Assembly (NCBI GenBank): GCA_965218975.1
Contig: OZ244717.1
Coordinates: 1,984,001-2,048,000 of the forward strand
Reading direction: 5' to 3'
Source of the DNA: Candidatus Oxydemutatoraceae bacterium
Lineage (GTDB): Bacteria; Pseudomonadota; Gammaproteobacteria; Poriferisulfidales; Oxydemutatoraceae
Length of the DNA stretch: 64,000 nt
The notes under the pieces were generated by a model. That model saw only the letters and a program-made list of their open reading frames with translations, did not search any database and was not told the DNA's origin. The translations under genes were made by a program, and so were the position numbers. Below, piece after piece: positions 45,015 to 54,816 of this stretch (its first letter is position 1; each line of letters starts with the position of its first letter).

Positions 45015-45097
45015 AGCATCTCCCAATAAATTAAAAATAAACAAAATATCCGGTAGTAATAACAGTGTATCAAAATCACCCCTCATTTGCTCGCGCA

Positions 45098-45979
45098 TGT
45101 ACGTGTCCAATACATTCCGGACAAATGAGGAAGTTGCCGGGCAATGACTTGATACGGGGTCATGTAGTTTAATCCCCGGTGGGAGCGCTCATCGTTGTAG
45201 CGCTGCAAGTAATCAATTATCTGCCGGTTAAACTCACCGATGTCTTCAAGCAGTAATGCTTCCCGATAGCCGATAAACTCTTCCCGGATCGTACGGTTGA
45301 AGCGCTCGTTATAAGCATTCATTTTGAGGCATTTCGGGTAAGTATAGCAGTGGCGGATCTTTCGTTGCCGAAGGTATTGATCGAATGCGCCTTGAAACTC
45401 ACTGCCGTTGGCAGTCAATACTTGCTCGATTTTGCCCGGCAAGATCGTTTGCACCAAGGCGGCAAACCGAGCCGCTTGGGCGCTATTGCCGCGAGGCACT
45501 ACCGACGCGAAAGGCAAAGTAGCTTGAATGATCCGTTGCAGTCGGAATATAGCGTCGGCTGCCTTCGATAAAACGGATAATAGTATCGAAAGCAACACAG
45601 TGTCTGACATGCCTCGCACCGGCTCTGCTATTCAGACGCGGGCGCGGCGACTTACGTCACAACGGTTTAGCTCGACCTTTGCGGTCCAAGCGCTGCGGTG
45701 AGCAACGCATCCGACCCGGCGCATCCGCGATCAGGCGCGCAATCGTGCAGACACTCGGGCAAGGTGAGACGTACCCGGAAAACCGATCGGTTTTCAGTGG
45801 TGAACGACCCGACAAGGATGTCGGGGCTGGGGTGCATTCGCAGAACCAAGTCTCGTCACGGACGACAGGCACTGTGCCGACAATCCGCCGACAAACACAA
45901 AACGGTTTCATCATCTCTTCATCATCTCAAAGACTTTACTGCTGCCGAAATTCTGCCCGGCGCAGGGTGGCATCGTACA
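45098..45979 (-). mobile_element. Hybrid IS481-like remnant (locus D): third subtype, capped by a locus-A-type 3' end
   Basis: VLTANGSEF, NAYNERFNRTIREEF, YNDERSHRGL...SGMYWTRT; ends TGTACGTGTCC (45098) and GGGTGGCATCGTACA (45979). Confidence 0.82.
45760..45866 (+). repeat. Hairpin unit, copy D1 (open in transposase frame)
   Basis: Inside ORF 45657-45914, between KPFC and PCPS. Confidence 0.93.
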
Positions 45980-46215
45980 CTTATGGAAAGAAAAAGACCA
46001 GCGATATCCGATATTGGTCGTAACTGTGACCTTCCCCTCATAAAGACGACCAAAATGATTGAGAGGTTTCCGTACATTTACAAAATAAAAGGCAACTATT
46101 TGCACCCTGTAAGAGAAAATCAAGGAGTCTGGGGTTCCTCTTCTTTTACTCAAATTTTATTAACGTTTAAGCCATAACTAGAATTGCTGTAGTCTTATAC
46201 AAGCAATCTATTTTC

Positions 46216-46644
46216 TCAGGAAGCATCATAAGATATGATTTCTTCTCGAACTTGGTTCATTCTTTGACGTTTTTTTTGTTTGTTACTGATTTCGCACTGC
46301 CAGATTATCAGCACATGCCATCCTGCTTTTTCTAATTCTTTGAAGTTCTCCAAATCTCGTTGCTTATTTCGGTTGATTTTCTTACGCCAAAAATCCCTAT
46401 TCGTTGTAGGCAATTTTCCTCGCGGGCAATCGTGACCATGCCAAAAACAACCGTGAACAAAAACAACAGTTTTATATTTAGGTAACACGAGATCGGGATT
46501 TCCAGGCAAATTGCCGACGTGTTTTCTGTATCTGAATCCTCCGGAGAACAAATACTTGCGGACTACGGATTCCGGTTTCGTATCCTTGCCGGATATATGC
46601 GACATGATCTCGCTGCGTTTCCGGGCGGAATAAATATCATTCAT
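46216..46644 (-). CDS. vsr: Very short patch repair endonuclease
   Basis: RSEIMSHI, DTKPE, LPGNPD, FVHGCFWHGH, IWQCE. Confidence 0.95.
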   Translation of the reverse strand: MNDIYSARKRSEIMSHISGKDTKPESVVRKYLFSGGFRYRKHVGNLPGNPDLVLPKYKTVVFVHGCFWHGHDCPRGKLPTTNRDFWRKKINRNKQRDLENFKELEKAGWHVLIIWQCEISNKQKKRQRMNQVREEIISYDAS

Positions 46645-48476
46645 TTTGCTGCCCGGATGCCCTCTAATTTTTTGTACTTATCTATGAACTCTTGATGGTA
46701 TTTTCTCGCGTTCTCTAGTAGTTCAATATAAGTTTTAACATATACCTCCCCGGACGTTTTGTATGTCTCTATTTTCGATTGAGCAAGTCGTTCGCCGGAT
46801 GGTTTACCGCCGACCACATAAGCAACTACCCGACTTGTTGACTCTGGCGCGCTTCCGACCTGTCTTTCCAAAAACGAACGATAATCAGCCGCCTGATCTA
46901 TATCGTTTGCGCTGATCGCGTGATTAGGTCTTTTTAACTCAATACTGTTGGAAACACTCGTGCACACAAAATCTATTCTTCTGTTGGGTTCTTCCAATTC
47001 TTCATCCGGGTATTTTTCTTTGAGGAGGTTTGAGTAGGAAACCTCATTTCTAAATTCAATGATTCTGGGATCAAGCAACCAAGGAAATTTCTTGAAAAAC
47101 TTATGCAATGCAGGTACTTCCTTGGAATCTTCTCTTATATGTCTATCAAGCTCGTCAATGGTGGAAATTCTGCCCAGGGAGAGGCGATATAATTCTTTCG
47201 CTTCGACAAGTTCCCATTCTTTGAGCAATTCTACAAATTTACTGCTGTCAACCTCATCTGCCTCGGCAATGTCCGCAGCAAAATCTTTGAACGCTTCAAA
47301 CTGAAAAGCATCTTTTACATAGTTAACCAAGCTGCCCGATTTCTCTGTGTCTATACCTTCGTTTCCAATGATTTGATCAACTATTTTTCGCGCCTGCGCC
47401 TACTCATGTTTCGGCAAAGTCTTTAGCCATTCATCAACATCTGTCCCGGTTTTTTCCTTGATTTCCTCACGCCGCTCCGAATAAATTTTTTTAATAACTT
47501 TCTTTAGATAATCTCTAAGCTCTGAAGCAACCTCGTTTTCCCAGATCAATGTTTGCCTGTTGGTTCCGATAATGTCTTGTCCCAAATCGTCGATAAAATT
47601 TACGTTCAGCGACCCGGTTAAATACGCATATCCGTGACTGGAAGCTTTGTCCCCATAAAACTCATGCCTATTTACTAATTTCCCTCTTGAAAACAAGGCT
47701 ATTCCCTTCATTGACGATACAACCGGCTTCTTTGCCGATATGATTTTGCCGGTAATTTGCCCGGCACAATCATATTCAAAATTAACTTCCGAATAAGGAA
47801 AAATCCATTCGCGCTCCGTATCGATACCGTCGTACTTCATTTCATTGGTTACTTTTACAGGCCGCTTATCATTGTGAATAATCTCCGCCTCGAAATCTTT
47901 TTCATTAAAGACGGAAAATACTCTGGCCAAACTGACGGCTAAAGCATCGGGATCAAAAGGAGTTTTTCGTTTGAAACCGGTTAGCGTGACTCTGGTTCCG
48001 GACTGTTTTTCAGCACAAGGGACATTATGCTGCGTTACAGGAGCATGATACTCTTTGTTTGATTTTTTCAACTCACTCCAATCCATTTCAAAACTATTTT
48101 CTTTACTATCTCTTCGGGTAACAATCTCCACATGATCGGCAACTCCGAAAAACGACAACTTTCCGATGCCTTTCTTCCCGATAACCTTTCTGTTCCCGGA
48201 TTCCGAGCGTTGTCCGTCACCTCCTCTTCTATTGCGTCCGATCTTCAGAAATTTAGACTCCAAATCCTCAAAGGACATTCCGTGCCCGGTGTCTTCGATA
48301 ATGATTCTTTTCTCTCTTCGATCCTCCAAAAATATTTTCACGCTCGAAGCATCGGCGTCGTATGCATTCGCTACCGACTCCGCTATCACCGGCGGCAAGG
48401 TACTATACGTCCCGACCCCCAGATGTTCGATGGTGTTGGGATCAAAACTCATCTTGACTGTTTTTTGCTCTGTCAT
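46641..48476 (-). pseudogene. GHKL/MORC-type ATPase fused to putative PD-(D/E)xK nuclease; one in-frame TAG at 47400-47402
   Basis: ESVANAYDA, DTGHGMS, GKKGIGKLS, GTRV; C-terminal PWLLDP, RIDF, IELKRP; ORFs 47400-48476 and 46641-47330 share a frame (KHE*AQARK). Confidence 0.8.
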
Positions 48477-49524
48477 AGTTTGCTTTTTACCTTGTCCTGT
48501 AATGCCAATCCTATTCTTCTTGCCAACTCAGGCGGCACGGCATTGCCGATTAGTTTGGCTATTGTCGTCATACTATCCGAATAGAACATGTAGCTACGCG
48601 GAAATGTTTGTAAAACAGCGCCTTCTCTCAAAGAGATAGCTCTATTTTCCTCCGGATGCCCGAACCTACCGTTAGACAAGCTGGTAAAGCGGGTGGTTAT
48701 CGTAGCAGCAGGCTTATCCCAAGACATCCTGCCATATACATCCCTGAAACAACTGTCTTGCCCCTTGTAGGCATTGATCTGCAAATCCCTGCAGTTACTC
48801 CAAGATTTTCTCGTGCCTCCGTCTTTCGGAGTCAAGGCAAGCCGCTTGAGCATGGTCTCCGATAACCCGGCACAACTGTGCTGAAAATTTGTTTTGTCTT
48901 TATGCCCTGCGGTAATTTTTTTGAAACCGTTCTCAAGCCCTATAAAGCTTCTCACAACAGGACCGGAATTATCCGGCAGCGGTAATTTGATGCGTTTCTG
49001 TACGCGAGAGGCAATCAGGACAAACCGTTTTCTACTCTGGGGAACACCATAGAAGTTAGTGTCTATAACACCTTCATCATAACCGTATCCGCATTTCTTC
49101 AGGAAATTGACGAAAGTGCGCAATTTACTTTTGGCGGCATTACGTTTTATTCCCGGAACGTTTTCTATCACGACATAACCGGGGTTATAGTATTCAACGA
49201 ATTTCTGAAAATAAGCTAGGAGGTTCGTACTTTGTTCGGATTTTCTCCGATCGGTATTAATAATGCTCCAATACTGACACGGGCTACAGCCGATGAAAAC
49301 AAGGTTGTTGTCATTAATCTTAATTCCTATATCCGAGAGGACTGTCATTTTTGCCTGAGTGATATCAACCGGAATAAATCGAGCACATGGGTTATTCTTA
49401 AGATATGTCTTCGCGCAGTTTTTTTATTATCTAAACCGGCCAATACGTTGATGCCCGCTCGCCTCATACCGCAAGTCATTCCGCCTCCCCCGCAGAAAAA
49501 ATCAATGGCTTTCATTCTTTTCAT
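48473..49524 (-). pseudogene. DNA (cytosine-5)-methyltransferase, frameshifted at an A7 tract (49419-49425)
   Basis: Motif I DFFCGGGG in the upstream frame; SPCQ, ENVPG, QSRKR, IGNAVPP in the downstream frame; one extra A restores LDNKKNCAKTYLKNN. Confidence 0.88.
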
Positions 49525-49772
49525 CTTATAAATTTATTCCTTCAACATGCTTCATTTGTTTGGAACAAACTCTTTTTTTATTGGCCTCTGTCATTGTTTT
49601 TATCTCTCATATTTTATCAAAATTAAAATGAAGGTTCATTTGAGTAAAGGAGCCTTCGTTTACTGTATCGACAATTTTCTCTAACTGTCTTTGTATATAT
49701 TGTCGTTCCTTAACGTCTATTATGAAACTAATGATAAAACCGAGAATGAATGAATCTGAGGATGACGCCGAA

Positions 49773-50798
49773 TCAGCCCTTTTCAAACTTATAAAGTCTT
49801 TTAAAATAGGGAAAATAACGTATTATTGTCGTGTATAGCATGATTCTCCAAACAAACTTTAATCTTGCTAAACTGCTGAGTTGACCGCGTAGAGGCAAAA
49901 TCCTATTTTTACTCATATCTTTTGACGACGGATTACTGATTTGAACTAAGAGTAAACACACTTTATTCAGTAATAAACTTATTTTCTTTTTTTTGCCATA
50001 TAACCATTTACTATCATTTTTTTGCGACTCCATAGTAGAAACAATCATATTCATTGCGGTGGATTGTTCAATTCTTTTGCGGGATTCCTCAATACTAGAT
50101 TCGGATGGACTATCGTGGATGATAATTTGCTTCCCTATCAAAGCGTAGAAGAAACTCATTGACATAAAAATATCAAATAATCGGTGATCGATCGGAGTAA
50201 AAATAGGCCCGGATTTTCTTAGGAAACACTCGCAGAATCTTTTTTTCACCAAATATCCTTGAGTGCCATAACTGACAGGAAATGGTATACCGATTCGATA
50301 TTTTTTATAAATCGTTTGAGGTCCTCTATAATGCGCGGGACGGCTGCAATTCGAACGGATACGGTGTTCTCTATAATATAAGGAGGAACACACGCCTGTA
50401 TTATACGCATTTCCTAACTGAACTATTGACCAATATTTTGGAAATCGGTCCTGATGCTTGAAGAAAAAAGTAATATCCTCACTGATAAAAACATCATCTT
50501 CTAAAATAATTGCTTGCGGAATATTCTCTTCACAAATATATCGCATCGCTTTCAAGTGACTTAAATAGCAAGCAATCTCCCTGCGCGCCAAGCGCCGACC
50601 TACATAGATTTTTGCCTTATCTTCATCATAAACCCGTTTTAAATCCCGCGCGGTTAAATCATCAGAACATATTGCTTCAATAAACTCATGCCGCACCGGT
50701 AGTTTTTCCAATTGCTTCTGCATACGAGAACGTTTTTCAATCTCTGTTGCCAGATTGATAACAAATATCGGGGGAATCAATGAGCTAACGGCTGTCAT
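49773..50798 (-). CDS. Glycosyltransferase family 25 (LPS/LOS biosynthesis)
   Basis: FVINL, EIACYLSH, IILEDD, GTQGYLV, PID; start ATG 50798. Confidence 0.85.
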   Translation of the reverse strand: MTAVSSLIPPIFVINLATEIEKRSRMQKQLEKLPVRHEFIEAICSDDLTARDLKRVYDEDKAKIYVGRRLARREIACYLSHLKAMRYICEENIPQAIILEDDVFISEDITFFFKHQDRFPKYWSIVQLGNAYNTGVCSSLYYREHRIRSNCSRPAHYRGPQTIYKKYRIGIPFPVSYGTQGYLVKKRFCECFLRKSGPIFTPIDHRLFDIFMSMSFFYALIGKQIIIHDSPSESSIEESRKRIEQSTAMNMIVSTMESQKNDSKWLYGKKKKISLLLNKVCLLLVQISNPSSKDMSKNRILPLRGQLSSLARLKFVWRIMLYTTIIRYFPYFKRLYKFEKG

Positions 50799-50813
50799 GA
50801 AAAAATTGGGCGG

Positions 50814-50887
50814 GGTGAGCGATGGGGATTGAACCCACGACCTCAGGAGCCACAATCCTGTGCTCTACCAACTGAGCTACGCCCACC
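50814..50887 (-). tRNA. tRNA-His (GTG); genomic 3' end reads CCG
   Basis: G-1 GTGGGCGTAGCTCAG...TTGTGGC...GGTTCAATCC...CGCTCACC. Confidence 0.95.
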
Positions 50888-50977
50888 ACTAGTAATTGAA
50901 CCTGCTACTTTACAGTTCACTCTAAATAAATTTCTGCAATAAAACAACCGCAACATTATGCCAATAATAAAAGATTA

Positions 50978-51054
50978 TGGCGCGCCTGGCAGGATTCGAA
51001 CCTGCTACCCTCGGTTTAGAAGACCGATGCTCTATCCGAATGAGCTACAGGCGC
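50978..51054 (-). tRNA. tRNA-Arg (TCT)
   Basis: Cloverleaf with CT-TCT-AA loop and encoded CCA. Confidence 0.96.
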
Positions 51055-51095
51055 ATACCGTTGCCACATTACCTGGGAAATATCATTGTCAAAAT

Positions 51096-51172
51096 TGGTC
51101 GGGGCAAGAGGATTTGAACCTCCGACCCCCTGCTCCCAAAGCAGGTGCGCTACCAAACTGCGCCATGCCCCG
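51096..51172 (-). tRNA. tRNA-Pro (TGG)
   Basis: Cloverleaf with TT-TGG-GA loop and encoded CCA. Confidence 0.96.
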
Positions 51173-51287
51173 ATCAACTTATAATATCACGCTCGCGCCG
51201 TAGGAGTGAAAACATCCAACTACGTTATAGTCTATAATTACAAACTGTAATCTGGCAAAAAGGTCACTTAAACAATTACTCAAACCA

Positions 51288-51935
51288 ATGAAATCATTGA
51301 CACATTCTCTATTCCTAAAAACTTTTCTCATCTTGGCAGTCTATTGCACCGCTGCTAGTGCGGGGGAGAAAACAAACGTGATAATAAATACAACTCTGGG
51401 AAAGATAGAGCTAGAACTATTCCCCGAAAAATCACCCGCTACCGTGAAAAATTTTCTTTCCTATGTAGAGAAAAATTATTATAGCGGCACGATTTTCCAC
51501 CGCGTCATCAGCGAATTTATGATCCAAGGAGGCGGATTTACCCCGGATATGACTCAAAAGAAAACTGATCCGCCAATTAAAAATGAATCATCGAATCAAC
51601 TAAGCAATGAACGCGGAACGATTGCAATGGCACGTACTAATAATCCGGATTCGGCAACCAGCCAATTCTTTATTAACCAAGTTAATAACTTTTCTTTAGA
51701 TGCAAAACAAGGGAAACCGGGATATACAGTTTTTGGAAAAGTAGTGAACGGAATGGATGTCGTTGACAAAATTGCCAAAGTAGAAACCATTACCGTCCAA
51801 CAACATCAAAATGTCCCTAAGAAACCGATCATTATCAAAAAAATCACTCTCGAGGAACCTATCAAAGGTGGTTTTCGCGGGTACATTAAAAGCAGATTAC
51901 AGCGATTCTTCAAAAAAATATACGGTACTGCATAA
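51288..51935 (+). CDS. ppiA: Periplasmic cyclophilin-type peptidyl-prolyl isomerase
   Basis: Signal peptide, FHRVI, IQGGG, AMART, SQFFIN. Confidence 0.92.
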   Translation: MKSLTHSLFLKTFLILAVYCTAASAGEKTNVIINTTLGKIELELFPEKSPATVKNFLSYVEKNYYSGTIFHRVISEFMIQGGGFTPDMTQKKTDPPIKNESSNQLSNERGTIAMARTNNPDSATSQFFINQVNNFSLDAKQGKPGYTVFGKVVNGMDVVDKIAKVETITVQQHQNVPKKPIIIKKITLEEPIKGGFRGYIKSRLQRFFKKIYGTA

Positions 51936-51941
51936 AGTGAA

Positions 51942-52670
51942 ATGGAAGTAGCGCATACATTATTCATATCCGACTGTCATTTGGAAAAAACAAGACCTCA
52001 CATCATCCGCCGTTTCCAAACATTCCTGACCGAACAAGCGCCGCAAGCCGATGCTTTATATATTCTAGGCGATCTTTTTGATTATTGGATTGGAGACGAT
52101 GACGGTATTATAAGATTTTCAGACAGTATCAAAGCGCTGCGTAAATTAAGCCGGCAAACTCACATTTACTTTATGCACGGCAATCGGGATTTTTTAATCG
52201 GTAAAGAATTTGCGCGACAAGCAAACTGCACATTGCTTAAGCAACCAAAAGCCATTGACTTGTACGGTCAACGCACTTTGATCCTACATGGCGATATGTT
52301 ATGTACTCAGGATCGTGCGTACCATCGTTATCGACGCATTGTACAAAATCCCGTTACAAAATGGTTGCATCAAAAATTAAGTATTAAAATGAGGCTGAAA
52401 ATTGCACAACAGTTACGCAACATTAGCAAAGAAACTGTACAGAATACTCCGCCCTCGATTATGGATGTACACAGCGCTACCGTGATCGCTTATTTTCAAC
52501 GTTACAACGTGAATCAAATGATCCACGGACATACTCACCGGCCAGCGACTCACACGGTAAACCTTAACGACCAGATGGCACAACGCATCGTCCTCGGCGA
52601 TTGGTACCAACGGGGTAGTTACTTGCGTGTTGAGAAAAACGGTCTGAGGTTGGCTAACCTACCGGCATAA
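51942..52670 (+). CDS. lpxH: UDP-2,3-diacylglucosamine hydrolase
   Basis: ISDCHL, LGDLF, HGNRDF, HGD, HGHTHRP, LGDW. Confidence 0.96.
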   Translation: MEVAHTLFISDCHLEKTRPHIIRRFQTFLTEQAPQADALYILGDLFDYWIGDDDGIIRFSDSIKALRKLSRQTHIYFMHGNRDFLIGKEFARQANCTLLKQPKAIDLYGQRTLILHGDMLCTQDRAYHRYRRIVQNPVTKWLHQKLSIKMRLKIAQQLRNISKETVQNTPPSIMDVHSATVIAYFQRYNVNQMIHGHTHRPATHTVNLNDQMAQRIVLGDWYQRGSYLRVEKNGLRLANLPA

Positions 52671-52690
52671 TCCCAAGAGTACGAATCGGC

Positions 52691-53932
52691 TTACCTTGCT
52701 GCTCCGGCATTAAAACCTAGCACCAAATCCATTACATTCGTGCCGGTCGGTCCGGTTTCGATCAAATCATTAGTAGCGTTAAGAAATGTTCCGGCATCGG
52801 CACTACGAAGATGATCCTCGGCATCCAAACCGGCATCACGACCACGCCAAACAGTACCGCTATCTACCAATCCTCCTGCTGCAGAAGTCGGCCCGTCAGT
52901 ACCATCGGTTCCGGCAGCAAGCAAATAAACTCCTTCCATTCCTTGTAATGCAATTGCCGCGGATAATGCCAAATGTTGATTTCGCCCGCCGCATCCCGGG
53001 TGTTCGGGCAAAGTTACAGTGGTTTCCCCACCCCAAACGAACAATTGACCGGGGTTATTACACAAAGTACGTGCCAATTCGGCGCCCGCTTCCGCCGCAT
53101 CACCGGCAAGAAATTGCGACACAACTTTTACTGGGAAACTCCGTGTTTTTGCTTTAGCTGCGGCGGCTTTTTTCGCATCGTCAAGACAGGCGATAATATG
53201 TGTGTTGACGTTTGAAAAGTATTGCACATCTGTTACCGGAGCACAATGGTAGCGGTCGAATATTTCACATGCCGACTGCGAATAAACTGACCGGTCAATC
53301 GGGTCGGCGGAATATGTTAACAAGCCTGATCCAATAACCGCCGGATTATCACCGGGCACGTCTGAAATGAGCAGGTTTAACGTCGGGCAACCTTTTAAAT
53401 ATATGGCAAGTCGTCCGGATTTTATTCGAGACAATGCACAGCGCATCCGATTCATTCGTCCGATATCCAAACCATCGGCTAATAAAGTTTGATTCAGCTT
53501 GCGTAACTCATCCAACGACATGCCGTTCGGCAAACTTTCAACCAAACTTGAGGCTCCACCCGACAACAAAAATAAAAAATGTGTCCCACTTCTTGCTCTG
53601 GTTTCCAAATAATTTAACAATGCGGCACCGGCTCGGAGCGTATCCTCGCCGGGTAACGGATGGTCGGATTCAATGCATTCAAAACGGTTGTCACGAACCA
53701 AATCCGGCAACAGGTGGTTATGTTTAGTAATTACCAGACCATCCCGGATGAAATTGTCACAACTTGCCACCGCACCAAGCGTCATATCCGCCGCCGCTTT
53801 CCCGATTGCAACTAAATTTAACGGCCGGGTCGGAGGATGCTGTGTCAGATATGCCCGAACTGCATCATGACCGCGCACTCTTGCAACACCGGAAAGATAA
53901 CACTGCAACAAAACTTCGCGGATAGCTTTCAT
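52691..53932 (-). CDS. Glycerate 2-kinase (DUF4147/MOFRL family)
   Basis: GKAA, LLSGGASSL, ISDVPGD, GGRNQ, GTDGTDG, TGTNVMD. Confidence 0.92.
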   Translation of the reverse strand: MKAIREVLLQCYLSGVARVRGHDAVRAYLTQHPPTRPLNLVAIGKAAADMTLGAVASCDNFIRDGLVITKHNHLLPDLVRDNRFECIESDHPLPGEDTLRAGAALLNYLETRARSGTHFLFLLSGGASSLVESLPNGMSLDELRKLNQTLLADGLDIGRMNRMRCALSRIKSGRLAIYLKGCPTLNLLISDVPGDNPAVIGSGLLTYSADPIDRSVYSQSACEIFDRYHCAPVTDVQYFSNVNTHIIACLDDAKKAAAAKAKTRSFPVKVVSQFLAGDAAEAGAELARTLCNNPGQLFVWGGETTVTLPEHPGCGGRNQHLALSAAIALQGMEGVYLLAAGTDGTDGPTSAAGGLVDSGTVWRGRDAGLDAEDHLRSADAGTFLNATNDLIETGPTGTNVMDLVLGFNAGAAR

Positions 53933-53933
53933 T

Positions 53934-54512
53934 TCATAATATATAGACCAAGGAATTCACCGACAGTATATCAAACACTTTACACACCTCAATATTGCTC
54001 ATCCGCACACAACCGCAAGACGCCACCCTGCCAATTCTCTGTTCATCAACCGTGCCATGAATATAGATATAGCGATGCATTGTATCGAGAAAATGACCTT
54101 GATTACGACGGTATTCTAGCCCCGCAAGCCACAAAATACGTGTACAAATCGTATCCTCAGAGCTAACCGTCGCCAGCGGATTAACTTTTGCCGTGCCACG
54201 CCGGACCCTACCGACAAAACATGTCATCAAAGGCGCCCGATCGCCTATCTTTGCCGCAACATAATGCATGCCCAACGGAGTCCAACAGGAATGGAGGATC
54301 GAACCGGTGCCAAACCGCGAAGTAGAAACCGGATATGCCGCTATTAAACACAGATTTTCAATCAAATAGATCGTTTGGTAGCGGATGCTGACTAGCGCTT
54401 GGGGAAAACGGGCATATTGCGGGTAATGCTTAATCAACAGCTTGGCAAACTTTTGCCATGAGAACGGCGGACGGCGCATTTTGGTATTCGGCGCTATCAA
54501 GCAATCACTCAA
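53934..54512 (-). CDS. L,D-transpeptidase (YkuD) family protein
   Basis: YPVSTS, TPLG, IYIHGT...SCGCVRM. Confidence 0.85.
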   Translation of the reverse strand: MSDCLIAPNTKMRRPPFSWQKFAKLLIKHYPQYARFPQALVSIRYQTIYLIENLCLIAAYPVSTSRFGTGSILHSCWTPLGMHYVAAKIGDRAPLMTCFVGRVRRGTAKVNPLATVSSEDTICTRILWLAGLEYRRNQGHFLDTMHRYIYIHGTVDEQRIGRVASCGCVRMSNIEVCKVFDILSVNSLVYIL

Positions 54513-54816
54513 CGACTTTTAATCCACCCATTAGTCCCGAGATTGAAGGTTGATGCCGACCAATAATTCGCCGCGGCTATCGTGCCGAAATTTAATGGTC
54601 AACCGACAGCCTTCGTGCGACGTGGCCATAATGAGACCGGGTATATAATTTTGCTCGCGACGACATATCCGGGTAGCAAGACAGACAATAAGATTGACAT
54701 TGCCGGAAGTTTCTTGAACATGACTTCTCTCTCTTATGAAGATGAAAGCAACCCCGACTAATCATACAGACAATGCTCAAACCTGCCGGAGCGCAACCGA
54801 GCTTGGTTTGAAGCAA

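Noticed and set aside
44745-46215. tmRNA gene or attachment site next to smpB
   Set aside because: No tRNA-like ssrA ends or tag frame recognised.
50799-51203. GT25 N-terminal extension and ORF 50958-51203
   Set aside because: Both overlap tRNA genes.
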